Shown piece after piece: positions 62,608 to 64,000 of a DNA stretch of 64,000 nucleotides. The stretch comes from Obrimoposthia wandeli (taxonomy: Eukaryota): contig CDROCS010003074.1 in the NCBI GenBank assembly GCA_977020255.1, positions 248,001 through 312,000 of the forward strand. The letters run 5' to 3'. Numbering within the stretch: position 1 is the first letter of the stretch; each line of letters starts with the position of its first letter. Both the position numbers and the translations under genes were made by a program. The notes under the pieces were generated by a model. That model was not told the DNA's origin, made no database searches, and worked only from the letters and a program-made list of their open reading frames with translations.

Positions 62608-63059
62608 ATGGCTTTTATTGATTTAGAATGTTTTATTGATAATAATGGAGAATTTATTCCAAAGAATTATGTATAATGTATGTGAATGATATGACTTGTC
62701 CATTTCATTACGTGTTTAAAAATCAAATACCATGGAGTAGTTTATCATTTACAGTTAAAAGAAAAAATCTATATTTGATAAATCATCATCATCAGTTATC
62801 CTGGTTTGAAGGTGAAAGCTCTGATATTCATATTGATGATGTTGAAACAATATTCTATGTTATGGATTCTATTGATGGAAAGAAAATTAATTTAGTGAAA
62901 CGAATGTTTCCAAATTTGAGAATTGTGAATTATAATAAAAGTTTCAAAAATTTAAAGAAAATGCCAAAAAATATTCGATGTCCGTTTAGAAAACACGGAA
63001 AACATTGTGCTTATTTGAAATGTTTTTCTCTATGTATTGATTATGTAAATTGTATATAA
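62608..63059 (+). pseudogene. DEDD-exonuclease-like ORF with a frameshift near 62661
   Basis: MAFIDLECF...FIP / KELCIMYVND...HYVFK...W; one extra A joins the frames. Confidence 0.55.
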
Positions 63060-63120
63060 ATATATTTATTAAGGATATTTTATTTTAATATATAATTTAT
63101 GTTATTTAAATAAATTTTAC

Positions 63121-64000
63121 CATAATTCTTTAGATGTGTAAGCCTGAGAAAAACTTTGATCTAAATTTTCACATAGAATAGTGTGTGTATGATTACGTAA
63201 TACATTCCTTAACTGATAAGAGTGAACTTTAGTCTAAATTTTCACATAGAATAGTGTGTGTGTGTGTTAAAAACCACATTCCTTAACTGATAAGAGTGAA
63301 CTTTAGCCTAAATTTTCATTATGGACGATCATAGTGGTATACCAAAGAAGGGTGGAGACTAGACTACTTGACTCTTTGAATTATGGACGAACATAGTGGT
63401 ATACCAAAGAAGGGTGGAGACTAGACCACAAAAAGAAGGGTGGAGACTAGATCACAAAAAGAAGGGTGGAGACTAGACCACTTGACCCTTTGAATTATGG
63501 ACGATCATAGTGGTTAGCCAAAAAGAAGGGTGGAGACTAGACCACAAAAAGAAGGGTGGAGACTAGATCACAAAAAGAAGGGTGGAGACTAAGCCACTTG
63601 ACCCTTTCATAGTGGTATATCAAAGAAGGGTGGAGACTAGATCACAAAAAGAAGGGTGGAGACTAGATCACAAAAAGAAGGGTGGAGACTAAGCCACTTG
63701 ACCCTTTCATAGTGGTATATCAAAGAAGGGTGGAGACTAGATCACAAAAAGAAGGGTGGAGACTAAGCCACTTGACCCTTTCATAGTGGTATATCAAAGA
63801 AGGGTGGAGTCTAGATCGCTTGACCTCCTCCCCCTCCCCCCTAAAGGGTGTCACACCATAAGGGTGTCTTGCCACACCATAAGGGTATATGTTGCCTCAC
63901 CAGAGGTGAGGCAACATATACTCTTATGGTGTGGCAAGACATCCTTATGGTGTGACACCCTTTAGGGGGGGTCAAGTGATCTAGACTCCATCCTTCTACC
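63121..64000. repeat. Right TIR (>=880 bp) with 12-13 aagaagggtggagact motifs and a terminal palindrome
   Basis: cataattctttagatgtg at 63121 mirrors 55300-55317; the last 101 nt mirror 54765-54867 apart from a shorter C/G run. Confidence 0.95.

Larger units (their letters stand above)
54761..64000 (+). mobile_element. Polinton/Maverick (adintovirus-like) endogenous element, ~9.24 kb, ending ~4 nt beyond the window
   Basis: AGTAG terminus, long TIRs (54761-55317 and 63121->64000), and the integrase + ATPase + mCP + MCP + protease + pPolB gene set. Confidence 0.97.

Noticed and set aside
63343-63815. Repeat-spacer pattern resembling a CRISPR array
   Set aside because: The spacers are themselves repeated, there are no cas genes, and the array lies within a eukaryotic Polinton TIR.

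Overview
AT-rich animal (metazoan) genomic DNA; the species cannot be determined from the sequence. The backbone is a + strand GARNL3-like gene (RapGAP + CNH domains). I traced 15 coding exons from 5162 to 49688 that splice into one open frame of 661 aa plus stop; the 5' exons are probably upstream of the window. The introns and downstream region are full of mobile-element debris: Ty3/Gypsy, BEL/Pao, L2/CR1-like LINE, an RLE-type LINE, Tc1/mariner (including a nearly intact DD37D maT element), MULE-like, hAT-like and Ginger/KRBA2-like integrase. Positions 54761 to about 64004 hold a ~9.2 kb Polinton/Maverick (adintovirus-like) element. It carries integrase, packaging ATPase, minor and major capsid proteins and an adenain protease, plus an internally deleted pPolB and a TBP-like gene. 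The most unusual observations are: (1) the inner TIRs contain exact, partly collinear pieces of the element's own TBP-like gene; (2) the right terminus folds into a ~93-bp hairpin; (3) a 190-bp mini-element with Polinton-type ends and a 6-bp TSD sits at 4417-4606, in the same L2 family the large element landed in; (4) a GC-rich antisense intronic cassette carries two RING-H2 ORFs that look alternatively spliced to a shared leader, next to 51-bp and ~75-90-bp tandem arrays. All protein-family calls come from motif recognition by eye; no database searches were run.
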